A DNA stretch of 64,000 nt from positions 1,056,001 through 1,120,000 of the forward strand of contig CAXXDQ010000003.1 in the NCBI GenBank assembly GCA_963664325.2, given 5' to 3'. Below are positions 50,117 to 60,983 of the stretch, piece after piece. Positions within the stretch are counted from its first letter, which is position 1, and each line of letters begins with the position of its first letter. A model generated the notes under the pieces. That model had not been told where the DNA came from and did no database searches. It saw only the letters and a program-made list of their open reading frames with translations. Position numbers and translations under genes: made by a program. The stretch comes from Desulfomonilia bacterium (GTDB lineage Bacteria; Desulfobacterota; Desulfomonilia; UBA1062).

Positions 50117-52402
50117 ATGCTCTTAAAAGATGCCGGAATCAAGCATCCCCTTGTATGTGTTTTTGCAGGAACTGCTTTTGGGATATGTGCTGTTATGCAG
50201 GATATTCAGGCTTCATCCTTCTGCTTTTTAATACTTGCACTTCTCTTCTCGATCAAAAGACTGCCTCACATATTATCAGGAATTCTGATCGGAGCTCTGG
50301 CCACCTCCTGTGCAGTAAAACCAGCCGGCTTCGAAGGTGAGCACTTGATTTCAGGCAGAATTATTTTATCAGGTTTTGAATACGGCACATACAGGATTGA
50401 AATAAAGGATATTCATGTTGACGGTAAACCTGCACGCGGCAAAGCGAGACTCGGAATTTATGAAAATATCGGGGTACCTTCAGGAGCAGACCTCAGCGCT
50501 ACTGCCAGATTGTCATTCCCGGCAGGCCCCGATAATTTCGCTCAGGCCGATATCAGGCATTCCCTGCTTTCAGAGGGTATTACGGTCACAGGTTACATAA
50601 AGGATTTCAATGATATAAAATTTTCAGGCATAAAGAATCCCGGTTTCAGACCATGTAAAATGCTTGATTCGATCGGGGGCAATGAGGCAGGTGTGCTCAA
50701 AGCAATCATTACCGGTGACAGGTCAGGGCTTACGCCACAGGTAAATGACCTTTTTGCCTCTCTGGGGCTGTCCCATTTGATAGCAATTTCAGGGCTGAAT
50801 TTCGGACTCGTGATACTCTTCGGCTACCTGCTGTCTTTTAATATCATAAGACTGATTCCACCTCTTGCGCAAAGACTTGATACTCCCCTTGTATCAAAGG
50901 CATTCGGGCTGGTCTGCGCAATTGCCTACGGGATGTTTGTCGAGCCGTCATTTCCGACCACAAGGGCGCTTGTTATGGCGTGTATTGTGATCGGGGCATT
51001 TATGACAGCACGAAGGATAAATCTTATCGATGCACTGGCTTTTTCAGGGATATTTATCCTTGTCATCTGGCCGCACAGCCTGTTTACGGCGAGCTTTCTG
51101 CTAACCTTTGCCGCTGTTCTGGGAATAGTGGCCGTAACTCAAAAGCTTAAAAATACGGGCATTGCCGTCCAGTTGGTTGCGGTGCCTTTTATTGCAGCTG
51201 TTTTTACCCTGCCCATATCGGTCCAGTATTTTGGCTTCATTTCACCTCTAAGCATAATTTATAATCTGCTGTTCGTTCCGATTTTCAGCTTTATAATCAT
51301 GCCGCTGTCGCTGATTGGAATGCTCATATCATCCTTCTGGGAAACAGGGGCTCTATACCTGTATGGCCTGTGCATGGATGCTATTTCACTTATTCTAACT
51401 ACAGGAGAAAGGTTCGGAAGTCTGGTTGCCGTGCCGAAACCCGGCATATGGTATTTTTACCTGCTGTATCTGGTTCTTTTTATACTGCTGTTTGCAAAGC
51501 GTTCATTGTTAAAGGCAGCAATTCTTGTTCCGGCCGGCATATCACTGTTTATCTTACCGGTTTTCCTTCAGTATCAAAAAATGAATATGCCGCTGACTTT
51601 CGACTTTATCAGTGTCGGAAACGGTGACTGCATTCTTATTACCAAAGGTCATCATTCTATCTTGATCGACGCCGGAGGGTCTTACACTGATTTTGATACG
51701 GGGAGATTCATTGTAGGCCCAAGGCTTTTATCAAGAGGCATAACGAAGCTCGACCTTGTCGTGGCCACACATTCTCATCCCGATCATATTGGCGGCCTTC
51801 CTTTCATACTCGAAAGATTTAAAGTCGGACAGGTCTGGATCAATTGTAAAGACGATCCCGGTTTCACGGATGTCTTCATGGTTACAGATTTGAAACATAT
51901 ACCTGTTGATGCTGTCTTCGCAGGGGTCAAACTTTCATTTCCAAACGATTTTAATATAGACGTTTTCCACCCCCAGCATCTTTTGGAGGCGGCAGACAGG
52001 AAACTGGACTTGAATTTGCATTCAATTGTTTTAAGGATAGGTGACGGCTCTCTGAGCGGAATTTTCATGGCCGACTCTGACTGGTTCGGAGAGGTTAACA
52101 TGGTGCATCAGGCAAGTGGCATGAGAGCGGATATTCTGAAGGCTGCACATCACGGCTCGAAAAGATCCTGCCTCGATATTTTTTTAAATGAGGTCAGGCC
52201 TGAAACGGTGATCATAACATGCGGAAAAAATAACCATTTCGGCCTGCCTTCAGAAGAGGCGTTAGGACGTCTTAAATCAGCAAAAATAAATACTTTATTG
52301 ACAAGCGTTAACGGTGAGATGTTGATTTCAAAGGAATCTGATACTATAATAATTAAGTCATTTAAAAAATATGCCGATAATAAATTTAGAACTATATATT
52401 AA
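50117..52402 (+). CDS. comEC: DNA uptake competence protein ComEC/Rec2
   Basis: GLSHLIAISGLN competence domain, multiple TM helices, MBL domain THSHPDHIGG, HHGS. Confidence 0.9.
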   Translation: MLLKDAGIKHPLVCVFAGTAFGICAVMQDIQASSFCFLILALLFSIKRLPHILSGILIGALATSCAVKPAGFEGEHLISGRIILSGFEYGTYRIEIKDIHVDGKPARGKARLGIYENIGVPSGADLSATARLSFPAGPDNFAQADIRHSLLSEGITVTGYIKDFNDIKFSGIKNPGFRPCKMLDSIGGNEAGVLKAIITGDRSGLTPQVNDLFASLGLSHLIAISGLNFGLVILFGYLLSFNIIRLIPPLAQRLDTPLVSKAFGLVCAIAYGMFVEPSFPTTRALVMACIVIGAFMTARRINLIDALAFSGIFILVIWPHSLFTASFLLTFAAVLGIVAVTQKLKNTGIAVQLVAVPFIAAVFTLPISVQYFGFISPLSIIYNLLFVPIFSFIIMPLSLIGMLISSFWETGALYLYGLCMDAISLILTTGERFGSLVAVPKPGIWYFYLLYLVLFILLFAKRSLLKAAILVPAGISLFILPVFLQYQKMNMPLTFDFISVGNGDCILITKGHHSILIDAGGSYTDFDTGRFIVGPRLLSRGITKLDLVVATHSHPDHIGGLPFILERFKVGQVWINCKDDPGFTDVFMVTDLKHIPVDAVFAGVKLSFPNDFNIDVFHPQHLLEAADRKLDLNLHSIVLRIGDGSLSGIFMADSDWFGEVNMVHQASGMRADILKAAHHGSKRSCLDIFLNEVRPETVIITCGKNNHFGLPSEEALGRLKSAKINTLLTSVNGEMLISKESDTIIIKSFKKYADNKFRTIY
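52351..52380 (+). promoter_or_regulatory. Candidate sigma28 promoter for minor-pilin operon, inside comEC 3' end
   Basis: TTAAGTCA-N12-GCCGATAA, 57 bp upstream of 52438. Confidence 0.55.
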
Positions 52403-52437
52403 TATTATGTCCAAAAGACGGTAAGGAAATGATTTGA

Positions 52438-53121
52438 ATGTTTAAAAAAATGTTAAGGGTTCATAAAAACGAGGATGGCGGAACAAGGGAATACCGGATG
52501 ACAGCCTCCATGTCAGCAGGATTGACCCTTGTCGAGCTTATAGTTGTCATGATCCTGTCGCTGATACTTGTAGGTTCTGCATTCACGGCGTACCTGGCGC
52601 ACAGCAAGACCAGCGGCGAACAGGGCAGGGTGGTGGCGCTTCAACAGGACCTCAGGGCGGTTATGGATATGATAGAAAGGGACGTTAAAAATTCAGGATG
52701 CCATGATCCAAGACTTTCCGGTACTGCTAACATCCAGCCTATAGGGGCGTCCAGCTCAGGACTAAACTCCCTGGCGCTGAACATGGACTTGAATCTGGAC
52801 GGAGCAACCACAGCCCAGGGTGAGCAGGTCAGATATGTGCTTAACGGGACCACATTGAACAGGGTTGACCAGGGCGTGACAGTAGCCCTGCTGAACAATG
52901 TAACTTCATTCGGGATAATTTATAGAGATGCGAACAATGCGGTTATCACGCCGGCAGGTACGCTTACCCAGACCCAGGCCGGCCAGGTTTTATCGGTAGT
53001 GGTGACGCTCAGGGTTCAGAGCGCAACCCCTGACCCTGATACGGGGCTGCCGGTTGTGAGAAGGGTAACAAGACGGATGCAAAGCCGCAATCTGGAGATA
53101 ACACAAAAACATTTCAACTAA
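52438..53121 (+). CDS. pilW: Type IV minor pilin, PilW-like
   Basis: prepilin cleavage site AG|LTLVEL; operon context. Confidence 0.75.
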   Translation: MFKKMLRVHKNEDGGTREYRMTASMSAGLTLVELIVVMILSLILVGSAFTAYLAHSKTSGEQGRVVALQQDLRAVMDMIERDVKNSGCHDPRLSGTANIQPIGASSSGLNSLALNMDLNLDGATTAQGEQVRYVLNGTTLNRVDQGVTVALLNNVTSFGIIYRDANNAVITPAGTLTQTQAGQVLSVVVTLRVQSATPDPDTGLPVVRRVTRRMQSRNLEITQKHFN

Positions 53122-53152
53122 TGAGAAAAACAGAACAGCAGGGAGGTCTAGC

Positions 53153-53596
53153 ATGAGGTTGCGTAATAATTTAATTTTTGGAGAGGACGGGGAAAGCGGC
53201 TTTACCCTTATCGAGCTTTTAGTGGCGCTGGTAATATTTTCCATAGGAATTGTAGGTGCGGCCAGGCTCCAGATAGCAGCGGTTTCAGGCAATTCATACA
53301 GTATGCAGCTGGCTCAGGCGATAAGTGTTGCACAGAACGAAGCTGAAAGGCTCCAGGATATAAACTTTACTGTAGCTCAGGTTACTGACGGCGTTATCGA
53401 TGCTCTCGAGACACCTGGTAATGCCACGACTTCAGGGGCTGTTGTTACTATTAATAATACAAATTATACTCCAGTCTGGACTGCCGTGTCTGTAAATAAC
53501 AATCCAAGATTACGTATGGTAACGATGTTCGTCAACTGGAACGAAAAGGGTGTCCCTCGGGTGTATAGATTAAGATTCTACACTGGAATGGACTAG
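53153..53596 (+). CDS. pilV: Type IV minor pilin, PilV-like
   Basis: SG|FTLIELLVALVIFSIGI, 147 aa. Confidence 0.8.
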   Translation: MRLRNNLIFGEDGESGFTLIELLVALVIFSIGIVGAARLQIAAVSGNSYSMQLAQAISVAQNEAERLQDINFTVAQVTDGVIDALETPGNATTSGAVVTINNTNYTPVWTAVSVNNNPRLRMVTMFVNWNEKGVPRVYRLRFYTGMD

Positions 53597-53609
53597 CAGG
53601 AATGAAAAA

Positions 53610-54062
53610 ATGATGAAGAAAGGTATAAACCTATTAGAAAATAAGGATGGTATCGTGCTGGTCATGGTGCTGCTGGTTCTCATGGCTACGATAGTGATCG
53701 GGATATTCCTGGCCAGGACAAGCTTTCTCGAGACCAGGATTGCGGGAAATGAAAAGGAATATAAGCAGACTGTTTATGCGCTTGAAAGTTCAACAGACTG
53801 GGCAATACAAAATAACACAGATGCATTTGCAAACGTGGGGATCAATATCGGTCAGAATTATACCTATAGCTCAGCAAGCCTCCCTACTGACGGTATCATA
53901 AACAGTTCAACGATAACGGTCAGATTAACAGGGATACAGAAACCTCCTCTCGGTTCGGGTTCAGATCCGGCCAGGTTCAGGGCAAGATACTATACAATCA
54001 GCTCCATCCAGGGCGGATATACATTGGATATAGGTGTTTACAGGATATTTCCTAAACAATAA
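53610..54062 (+). CDS. pilX: Type IV minor pilin, PilX-like
   Basis: DG|IVLVMVLL lacking Glu5, ETRIAGN motif. Confidence 0.78.
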   Translation: MMKKGINLLENKDGIVLVMVLLVLMATIVIGIFLARTSFLETRIAGNEKEYKQTVYALESSTDWAIQNNTDAFANVGINIGQNYTYSSASLPTDGIINSSTITVRLTGIQKPPLGSGSDPARFRARYYTISSIQGGYTLDIGVYRIFPKQ

Positions 54063-54070
54063 AAAAGGCG

Positions 54071-57000
54071 GTGATTCAAATGATAATCAAAAAAACATTG
54101 GCGGTATTGTTTTTGGCGACAGGATTGATATTGCCGCAGGTCAGCCTTGCCGATGATACGGTAATATTCGGAGGGGAGGCTGTTAACCTTGCTCCTAACA
54201 TACTTATTGTTTTCGATAATTCTGGAAGTATGGGGGATTATATTGATGTGCAGGTAACGCAACAGCCATATGATCCGACAATAACGTATTCGAATCAAGG
54301 CTATGATCCTCACTATGTTTACTATGATTATAACAATCACGGATATTGGGTAGACTGGATATATATAGGTTCCGATCATGAGGTCGATTCAAATGAGATA
54401 GTCTGTGAAGCTGTAAGGAATGCGTTGAACACGGGGGGTGTCTACGGGCCTGTACAGTTATGTGAATCAGGCAGAAGTACCTGCCAGTATTATCCCTGCG
54501 GTTCCTGTTCCTCGTATGGTAATGCCTGCAGGAACGGTACTACTGTTAACAGGACTCTTGCTACTGGAAATTACCTCAACTGGCTTAATCAACCCGATAC
54601 CGTATCGAGAAGAAAAATCGATATTGCCAAAGACACCATATGGGAAGTGATTAAAACAACACCCGGCGTCAGATGGGGGATAATGGTTTTTAATTCACCT
54701 GCTTACAATAGTGATAACTCGCAGGGCGGCCATGTGGAAATCCCGGTCAAGGACAGGGGGAGGGGGTCCTATGTGAATTCATGGCCGTACCCGAATGAAC
54801 CGGACTCCACAACATGCTCGAACGGCAATGCCGACTGCAACTACACAAGAAATCAGATGATCACCGAACTTAAAAACGTAATATATGCCCAGTCAGCGAG
54901 TACATGGACGCCGCTTGCGGAAACGCTTGCAGAGGCAGGTCTTTATTATGCGGGTGCAGCTCCGCACTTCGGGACAAACAGCGCTGCAGGGGCAATGAAT
55001 GGGAGTGTTTATAGAACACCCATTGATTACAGGTGCCGGTCAAACAACGTCATTATCATTACTGATGGTCAGCCTACAACTGACCGGGATCCATTTATAA
55101 TAAGCCAAAATTATCTCTTTGGTGAAACCATAGGTGATGCCGACCAGGATGGAAGGAATGAGTTATACGGATATTCCACCTCAAACAGCGACACCTACTA
55201 TGGCAGCGATTATCTTGATGACGTTGCATATTACCTTTATCATAAAGATCTGATAAGAAGCGGGAATGATGCTTCAGGGAATCCCTTCGGTAATTATGAC
55301 CCGAACAATCCCGAGAGGATCCTGCTGCAGAATGTGGTTACATATACTATCGGATTTAACATCCATACCGATCTCCTTCAGCGTACTGCAGATGACGGGC
55401 AGGGTGTCGGAGCGGGTCTGGGGAGTTATTTTACCACTGAAGCTACAGGCGGCCAGGGTGTGAACCTCGCCACTGCAATAAGAAGAATAGTCGGGGAAAT
55501 ACAGGAAAGGAACGCAAACTATGTCACCCCGGTGGTTCCTGTAAGCCGCTCGAACCGGACTTATGCCGATAATGCGGTATATATGGCATTTTTCTCCCCA
55601 AGCGATAAAACCCCGGGTTTCTGGAGGGGCAACCTAAAAAAGTATGGTCTGGATTCGAATGCCATGCTTCTTGACAGGACCGGAATACCTGCAACCGATA
55701 CTACTACAGGACGCATCCTGGATAGCTCACATTCATACTGGTGGTACAACGGAAATGCCGAAGGTGTAGATGTAACTGTAGGCGGGGTCGGGAACAGGCT
55801 GCTTGACGGGAATATAACCCGGAGGTTTTACACTAATAGAGCAGGAGGAATAATTAGTTTTTCGAATACCACCATATCGGCAACAGACCTGGGATTGTTA
55901 CTTGATACAGAAAGGGACGACCTCATAAACTATTTGACTGCTTCCGGAGTATATTCTCCCACGAGTACTGATGCGAGATATAAAAGATCATGGGTGCTCG
56001 GAGATATCCTTCACTCAAGGCCGGCCGTGCTGTATGACTACGACAGGAATGTAAATGCACTCTTTGCAGGGTCTAATGACGGATTTCTGCACTGTTTTGT
56101 GGATACTCCCGGAAGCGCAGGTTGGCCCAACACGGACACGGTTACGGAAAAATGGGCATATACCCCGTATGATTTGTTAACGAACCTCAAAACAATACCA
56201 TCTTTAAAAACGACAATGCTTATAACCGGCGACAATGAGCATGACATCTTCGTTGACGGTTCACCAATCGTGTATAAGGCCGCCAACAACAGCAATTATG
56301 TGGCTTTCGGCCTGAGGCGAGGAGGATCAAAGTATTATTCGCTCAGGCTGACTGCAAATGATGAGAACTACACGCCGATCTGGGCCTGGGATTCTGACAA
56401 CTACATTTCCAGCCTTGGCGAGCCGATGGGCCAGTCGTGGTCGACACCGCTTTTCTGCAAAATCAAAACAACGTCTACGGACACTACAGGGCAGGAAGTT
56501 CTTCTGCTGGCCGGCGGGTATGATACAAATCAGGACCTTGGAACACCGGCAGCACTGGATACTTCAGGAAGGGCTATTTATGCGGTACAAGCGCAAACAG
56601 GACTTCTTACAACTGCTAATTTGCGTTTTACATATGCCAACACAAACTCGATCAGGAATTGCATAGTCGACCTCATTTCTTATGACGGCAATGATGACGG
56701 GTTCGAAGATGTTATCTATGCAGGCACACTGGGTGGTGATCTGTTTGCATTTACCGACAAGGAAAATAACGGAAGCGGCGGATATGGCGATGGGACCTGG
56801 AGTTCTAGCCTGATTTTCCATGCGGCATCCGATGACGGCACTACTACGAAAAACAAAAAGTTTTTCTACTCTCCGGGTATTGCTCAGGAATCATGGGGAG
56901 ATTGGGTGTTCATAGGTTCTGGAAACAGGGAAGACCCTTTGGACGACCTGCCTGAAGGTGTGAGATCAAATGATTATATTTATGCCGTAAAGAATACATG

Positions 57001-57496
57001 GAGCGGAACCACTATTCAGGATAGCGATCTTTATGATGTTACGTCGGACCTGCTGCAGGATGGGACTACTCAACAAAAACAGGATGTCACTGCACAGCTT
57101 GCTTCGAACACATACAAGGGGTGGAAGATATTGCTGGAAAATGCAGGGGAAAAGGTCACATCTTCACCCCTGGTATATAATAAGGTCGTATATTTCACAA
57201 CGTTCGAACCCAGCATAGCGCAAAATACAGATCCGTGCACGTCAGCAGGTTCAGGCACTGCAAGGCTGTATGCACTTGATTACAGCAACGGTAATGCAGC
57301 TTTTGGTGCGCATAAGGCCAACAGGAGCATACTGCTTGGCGGCGGTATGCCTTCTCAGCCTATTGTAATTGTGACGCAGGCCGACAGCAGCGGCCCGGGA
57401 GGGACATTTGTAGGTGTGACCATGGAAGGCGGATGGTTGGCCCCTCAGGCAGGCGGAATAAGAAATATCCACAAATACTACTGGCGGCTGCAATAA
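54071..57496 (+). CDS. pilY1: Type IV pilus tip adhesin with vWA and beta-propeller domains
   Basis: signal peptide, MIDAS FDNSGS, TPLAE, ITDG, WRGNLKKY, LGDILHSRP, GSNDGFLHCF, GQSWSTP, Ca loop DGNDDGFED. Confidence 0.88.
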   Translation: MIQMIIKKTLAVLFLATGLILPQVSLADDTVIFGGEAVNLAPNILIVFDNSGSMGDYIDVQVTQQPYDPTITYSNQGYDPHYVYYDYNNHGYWVDWIYIGSDHEVDSNEIVCEAVRNALNTGGVYGPVQLCESGRSTCQYYPCGSCSSYGNACRNGTTVNRTLATGNYLNWLNQPDTVSRRKIDIAKDTIWEVIKTTPGVRWGIMVFNSPAYNSDNSQGGHVEIPVKDRGRGSYVNSWPYPNEPDSTTCSNGNADCNYTRNQMITELKNVIYAQSASTWTPLAETLAEAGLYYAGAAPHFGTNSAAGAMNGSVYRTPIDYRCRSNNVIIITDGQPTTDRDPFIISQNYLFGETIGDADQDGRNELYGYSTSNSDTYYGSDYLDDVAYYLYHKDLIRSGNDASGNPFGNYDPNNPERILLQNVVTYTIGFNIHTDLLQRTADDGQGVGAGLGSYFTTEATGGQGVNLATAIRRIVGEIQERNANYVTPVVPVSRSNRTYADNAVYMAFFSPSDKTPGFWRGNLKKYGLDSNAMLLDRTGIPATDTTTGRILDSSHSYWWYNGNAEGVDVTVGGVGNRLLDGNITRRFYTNRAGGIISFSNTTISATDLGLLLDTERDDLINYLTASGVYSPTSTDARYKRSWVLGDILHSRPAVLYDYDRNVNALFAGSNDGFLHCFVDTPGSAGWPNTDTVTEKWAYTPYDLLTNLKTIPSLKTTMLITGDNEHDIFVDGSPIVYKAANNSNYVAFGLRRGGSKYYSLRLTANDENYTPIWAWDSDNYISSLGEPMGQSWSTPLFCKIKTTSTDTTGQEVLLLAGGYDTNQDLGTPAALDTSGRAIYAVQAQTGLLTTANLRFTYANTNSIRNCIVDLISYDGNDDGFEDVIYAGTLGGDLFAFTDKENNGSGGYGDGTWSSSLIFHAASDDGTTTKNKKFFYSPGIAQESWGDWVFIGSGNREDPLDDLPEGVRSNDYIYAVKNTWSGTTIQDSDLYDVTSDLLQDGTTQQKQDVTAQLASNTYKGWKILLENAGEKVTSSPLVYNKVVYFTTFEPSIAQNTDPCTSAGSGTARLYALDYSNGNAAFGAHKANRSILLGGGMPSQPIVIVTQADSSGPGGTFVGVTMEGGWLAPQAGGIRNIHKYYWRLQ

Positions 57497-57505
57497 GGAG
57501 TAAAT

Positions 57506-57943
57506 ATGAAAAACATTATAAATGGGAAAATAATTTTACTGGAGAAAATAATAATACTTATCTTTATTTTCTCAATACCTCACTCAGTATATGCCGATCC
57601 TTTAAGTTATGCGCTTGAATCATGGGACCCGGTCGGCGTATGCGGCAGTATAATGGAACCAGGCAGGGACTATATTATAGTCAATGAAAAGAAGATTCTT
57701 ATCATAAATGAAAAAAGACAGGGAAAAATTATTAAAACCTCCATCATGGATATGGAAGATAAGCAGCTTGGCGTAGAGGCCTTGAAAAAAGGGGTTTATG
57801 TGGCAATAAATGGTGCCAAGGCTATGGACAAAGACCAGCAGGCCGTTATTGTCGCGAAAGAGATTTATGTGCTGCCCAAACCCATGTCAGATAAGGAGAT
57901 GAGAAAATATCCGAAACTTCAGAAACCGGTTGAATCCTGGTAA
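57506..57943 (+). CDS. Hypothetical exported protein
   Basis: 145 aa; AAGGAG RBS; signal-peptide-like N-terminus; last gene before terminator. Confidence 0.65.
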   Translation: MKNIINGKIILLEKIIILIFIFSIPHSVYADPLSYALESWDPVGVCGSIMEPGRDYIIVNEKKILIINEKRQGKIIKTSIMDMEDKQLGVEALKKGVYVAINGAKAMDKDQQAVIVAKEIYVLPKPMSDKEMRKYPKLQKPVESW

Positions 57944-57966
57944 AGAGTTCAGCCATGTTAATGAAT

Positions 57967-57999
57967 AAAAGAACGTCCGGTTTATCCGGACGTTTTTTT
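57967..57999 (+). terminator. Rho-independent terminator of pil operon
   Basis: aacgtccgg-tttat-ccggacgtt followed by T-tract. Confidence 0.85.
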
Positions 58000-58023
58000 A
58001 TAATATCTGAAAGGGATTAAACT

Positions 58024-58797
58024 TTGGCATTTTATCTTAAAAGAGCAGCCGGAATGGTTTTCGATCCTTTAAGCTTGAGTATCATTCTTCTGGCAGCGGG
58101 TGTGCTCATTATTATTGCTTTAAAAAGGAAACAGCGTCTGGGGAAGTGGCTTATTGCGGCAGCTTTCGTTATCCTCATGCTGGCTTCATCCGGGATTACT
58201 TCAGTATACTTGCTATCCGGGCTGGAAAACGCCTACCCTGTTTTCAAGCCTGACAAAGAAAACACCCGCGGCATAAAATGGATTGTCATCCTAGGAGGAG
58301 GCAAAAATACCTGTCCTGATGTGCCTGTATCGGGGAGGCTTGATCAGGAGGCACTTCAGAGGCTGGTAGAAGGCATATATATTTCAAGAAGGGTTCCGGC
58401 TGCCCGGATTATCCTCTCTGGTGGAATACCTGAAAACGGAATGAGCAATTCCAAGGCTTATGAAATAACAGCTGTTACGCTCGGGATAGACAAATCCAGA
58501 ATCGTTATGGAGGAAAGGCCGAGAGATACATTTGAGGAAGCAGTTAAAATCAGGGAAACAGTCAAAAGAGACAGGTTTATCCTGGTAACATCCGCCTATC
58601 ACATGAAGAGGGCAATGGCGCTGTTCAAAAAACAGGGGATGCATCCCGTTCCAGCACCTGCAGGTCATTTAACGGGTGACTGTTTTCATTTTAAACCTGA
58701 GAACATCCTTTTTAGTTCAAGAAATATCCAGAATTCTTCCAGGGCAGTACATGAACTGCTTGGTATTCTATATTCGAAAATAACAGGACAGATATAA
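58024..58797 (+). CDS. YdcF/ElyC (DUF218) family envelope protein
   Basis: IVILGGG, RL.EG, ILSGG, DTFEEA, LVTSAYHMKRA, HELLG. Confidence 0.88.
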   Translation: MAFYLKRAAGMVFDPLSLSIILLAAGVLIIIALKRKQRLGKWLIAAAFVILMLASSGITSVYLLSGLENAYPVFKPDKENTRGIKWIVILGGGKNTCPDVPVSGRLDQEALQRLVEGIYISRRVPAARIILSGGIPENGMSNSKAYEITAVTLGIDKSRIVMEERPRDTFEEAVKIRETVKRDRFILVTSAYHMKRAMALFKKQGMHPVPAPAGHLTGDCFHFKPENILFSSRNIQNSSRAVHELLGILYSKITGQI

Positions 58798-58827
58798 GTT
58801 CTTGTACGATTTTGTATTTTTCTATAT

Positions 58828-60975
58828 TTGAGAATTATGGAGGAACAAATGTCAGATAATCCACTACATAAAATCATGTCCCCTGAATCGATAGCAATTA
58901 CCGGTGCAAGCAATAATCCTTCTAAAATGGGAACGATCCAATGCATGAATCTTCTGAACAGCGGTTTTCCTGGCGAAGTAATGCCCATACACCCCAAGGA
59001 AAAAAACGTACTCGGGAGAAGGGCATACCAGAATATCAGCGACCTTCCCTATGCACCGGAACTGGCAATACTTGTGGTTCCAACCGGTCTTGTCGCAGAC
59101 ATGCTGGAGGAGTTTGGGAAAAAAGGGACAAAGCATGCAGTTATTATCTCGGCAGGTTTCAGGGAAACGGGCTCGACAGGAAAACAGCTTGAAGAAAGGA
59201 TAAAGGCAATAGCGGCCAGATATTCGATGCGTTTTCTCGGACCCAACTGCCTGGGCATAATTAATACATGGCTTCCGCTGAACATCACGGTGGTGCCTGT
59301 CGGTAACAGCAAGGGCAGTTACAGCCTTGCATCCCAGAGTGGCACCTATGTAGCGCAGGTTCTGCCATATCTGAGAAAGCACGGGATCGCCATAAACAAG
59401 TCGATAAGCGTAGGGAACGAGGCGAACATAGACCTGGTTGATTGTCTTGAGTATCTGGGTGAAGATAAAACGACAAAGGCTATCGGATTATATATTGAAG
59501 GGATCAGAAGGCCGGAAAGGTTCCTTGAAACAGCCCGCAGGGTTGCAAGAAAAAAACCGATAATCGCACAGTATGTCGGTGGTACGGAAGCGGGTGCCAG
59601 ATCGGGTTCAAGCCATACTGGAGCAATGGCCGGGCCTGATTATATATATGATGCCCTTTTCGAACAGGCCGGTATCATCAGGGTTGATACAATAGAAGAG
59701 GTCTATAAAACGGGCTGGACTCTGGCGGCACAACCGGGTCTGAAGGGGAAAAAGATCGCAATCCTTACAAACTCGGGGGGGCCGGGGACTTCAATTGCCA
59801 ATACCTGCAACAGAGAAGGGCTTGAGGTACCGGAATTTTCAAAAGAACTTCAGCACAAAGTTGCAAAATTCATTCCCGGACATGCAAGTCCAAGAAACCC
59901 TGTTGACCTTACATTTCATATTGATATGAACACATTGACCAGGGATATACCGGATGCTCTATATTCTTCCGGCGAGATTGACGGGCTCATACTGCACGGT
60001 ATTATGGATACGGGTTTCATGAAGGAACTGTATCCGATGTTAAAACCGATGATCAATATTTCACTGCAAGACTTTTTGAAATCCGCAGAGATTGATCTGA
60101 ACGCCCTTGTTTCAATGCCGTTCAGCTATAAAAAGCCTCTTCTGATATCGTCATTTTTCGATGATGAGGACCATGCAACAAGGGTGTTTAATCAAAACAG
60201 GATTCCGGTATTCGACTCGCCTGAAAAGGCGGCTAAGGCTATGGGTGCCATAGCAAAATACTGGCTTGAAATAAGAAAGAGGGCGCTTCCTAAAATTATC
60301 AATAAACAGATTCCGGCCAAGGCTGAAAAGATACTTGGTTCTACAAAGGTTCTGAATGAACATGAATCAAAACTCCTGCTCGCAGCCTATGGAATACCGG
60401 TAAGCAACGAGGGTCTGGCAAAGGACCTTGAAAATGCGGTGCGGCTTGCGGAACGTATCGGCTATCCGGTCGCAGTGAAGGCATGCTCGGCCGATATTCA
60501 GCACAAGACGGAAAGGGGTCTTGTATATCTTGGTATTAATGACAGGTCGTCTCTGGAAAAGGCTTTCAGGGAAATCAGGAAAAAAGAAAAGAATGTGCCG
60601 GTGCTAGTTGCTGAAATGCTTAAAGGGGAAAGGGAATTCATGGCCGGCATCGTAAGACACCCTGGATTTCCGCCATGTGTCGTTTTCGGGCTTGGAGGCA
60701 TATACACCGAGGCCTTAAAGGATATTTCCATCAGGCTGGCCCCTATCAGCCATGATGAAGCAATCACGATGATTAACAGCATTTCAGCCGTTACGCTTCT
60801 GGGGTCGATTAGAGGTATGACAAAAGCGAATAAGGATAAAGTTGCGGACATACTTGTTAATCTCAGCAGGCTTGCAACGGATTTTCCTGGAATAAAGGAA
60901 ATTGATATTAATCCTTTGATTATTGATGAAAACGGCAATCCAAACGCTGCAGATGCGCTTATAATAAAAGGTTAG
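58828..60975 (+). CDS. ADP-forming acyl-CoA synthetase / acetate-CoA ligase family, fused subunits
   Basis: IAITGAS, ISAGF.E, GPNCLG, SQSG, SHTGAMAG phospho-His, TNSGG, HKTE ATP-grasp, EIDINPL; true start may be 58849. Confidence 0.9.
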   Translation: MRIMEEQMSDNPLHKIMSPESIAITGASNNPSKMGTIQCMNLLNSGFPGEVMPIHPKEKNVLGRRAYQNISDLPYAPELAILVVPTGLVADMLEEFGKKGTKHAVIISAGFRETGSTGKQLEERIKAIAARYSMRFLGPNCLGIINTWLPLNITVVPVGNSKGSYSLASQSGTYVAQVLPYLRKHGIAINKSISVGNEANIDLVDCLEYLGEDKTTKAIGLYIEGIRRPERFLETARRVARKKPIIAQYVGGTEAGARSGSSHTGAMAGPDYIYDALFEQAGIIRVDTIEEVYKTGWTLAAQPGLKGKKIAILTNSGGPGTSIANTCNREGLEVPEFSKELQHKVAKFIPGHASPRNPVDLTFHIDMNTLTRDIPDALYSSGEIDGLILHGIMDTGFMKELYPMLKPMINISLQDFLKSAEIDLNALVSMPFSYKKPLLISSFFDDEDHATRVFNQNRIPVFDSPEKAAKAMGAIAKYWLEIRKRALPKIINKQIPAKAEKILGSTKVLNEHESKLLLAAYGIPVSNEGLAKDLENAVRLAERIGYPVAVKACSADIQHKTERGLVYLGINDRSSLEKAFREIRKKEKNVPVLVAEMLKGEREFMAGIVRHPGFPPCVVFGLGGIYTEALKDISIRLAPISHDEAITMINSISAVTLLGSIRGMTKANKDKVADILVNLSRLATDFPGIKEIDINPLIIDENGNPNAADALIIKG

Positions 60976-60983
60976 GAGGGTAT

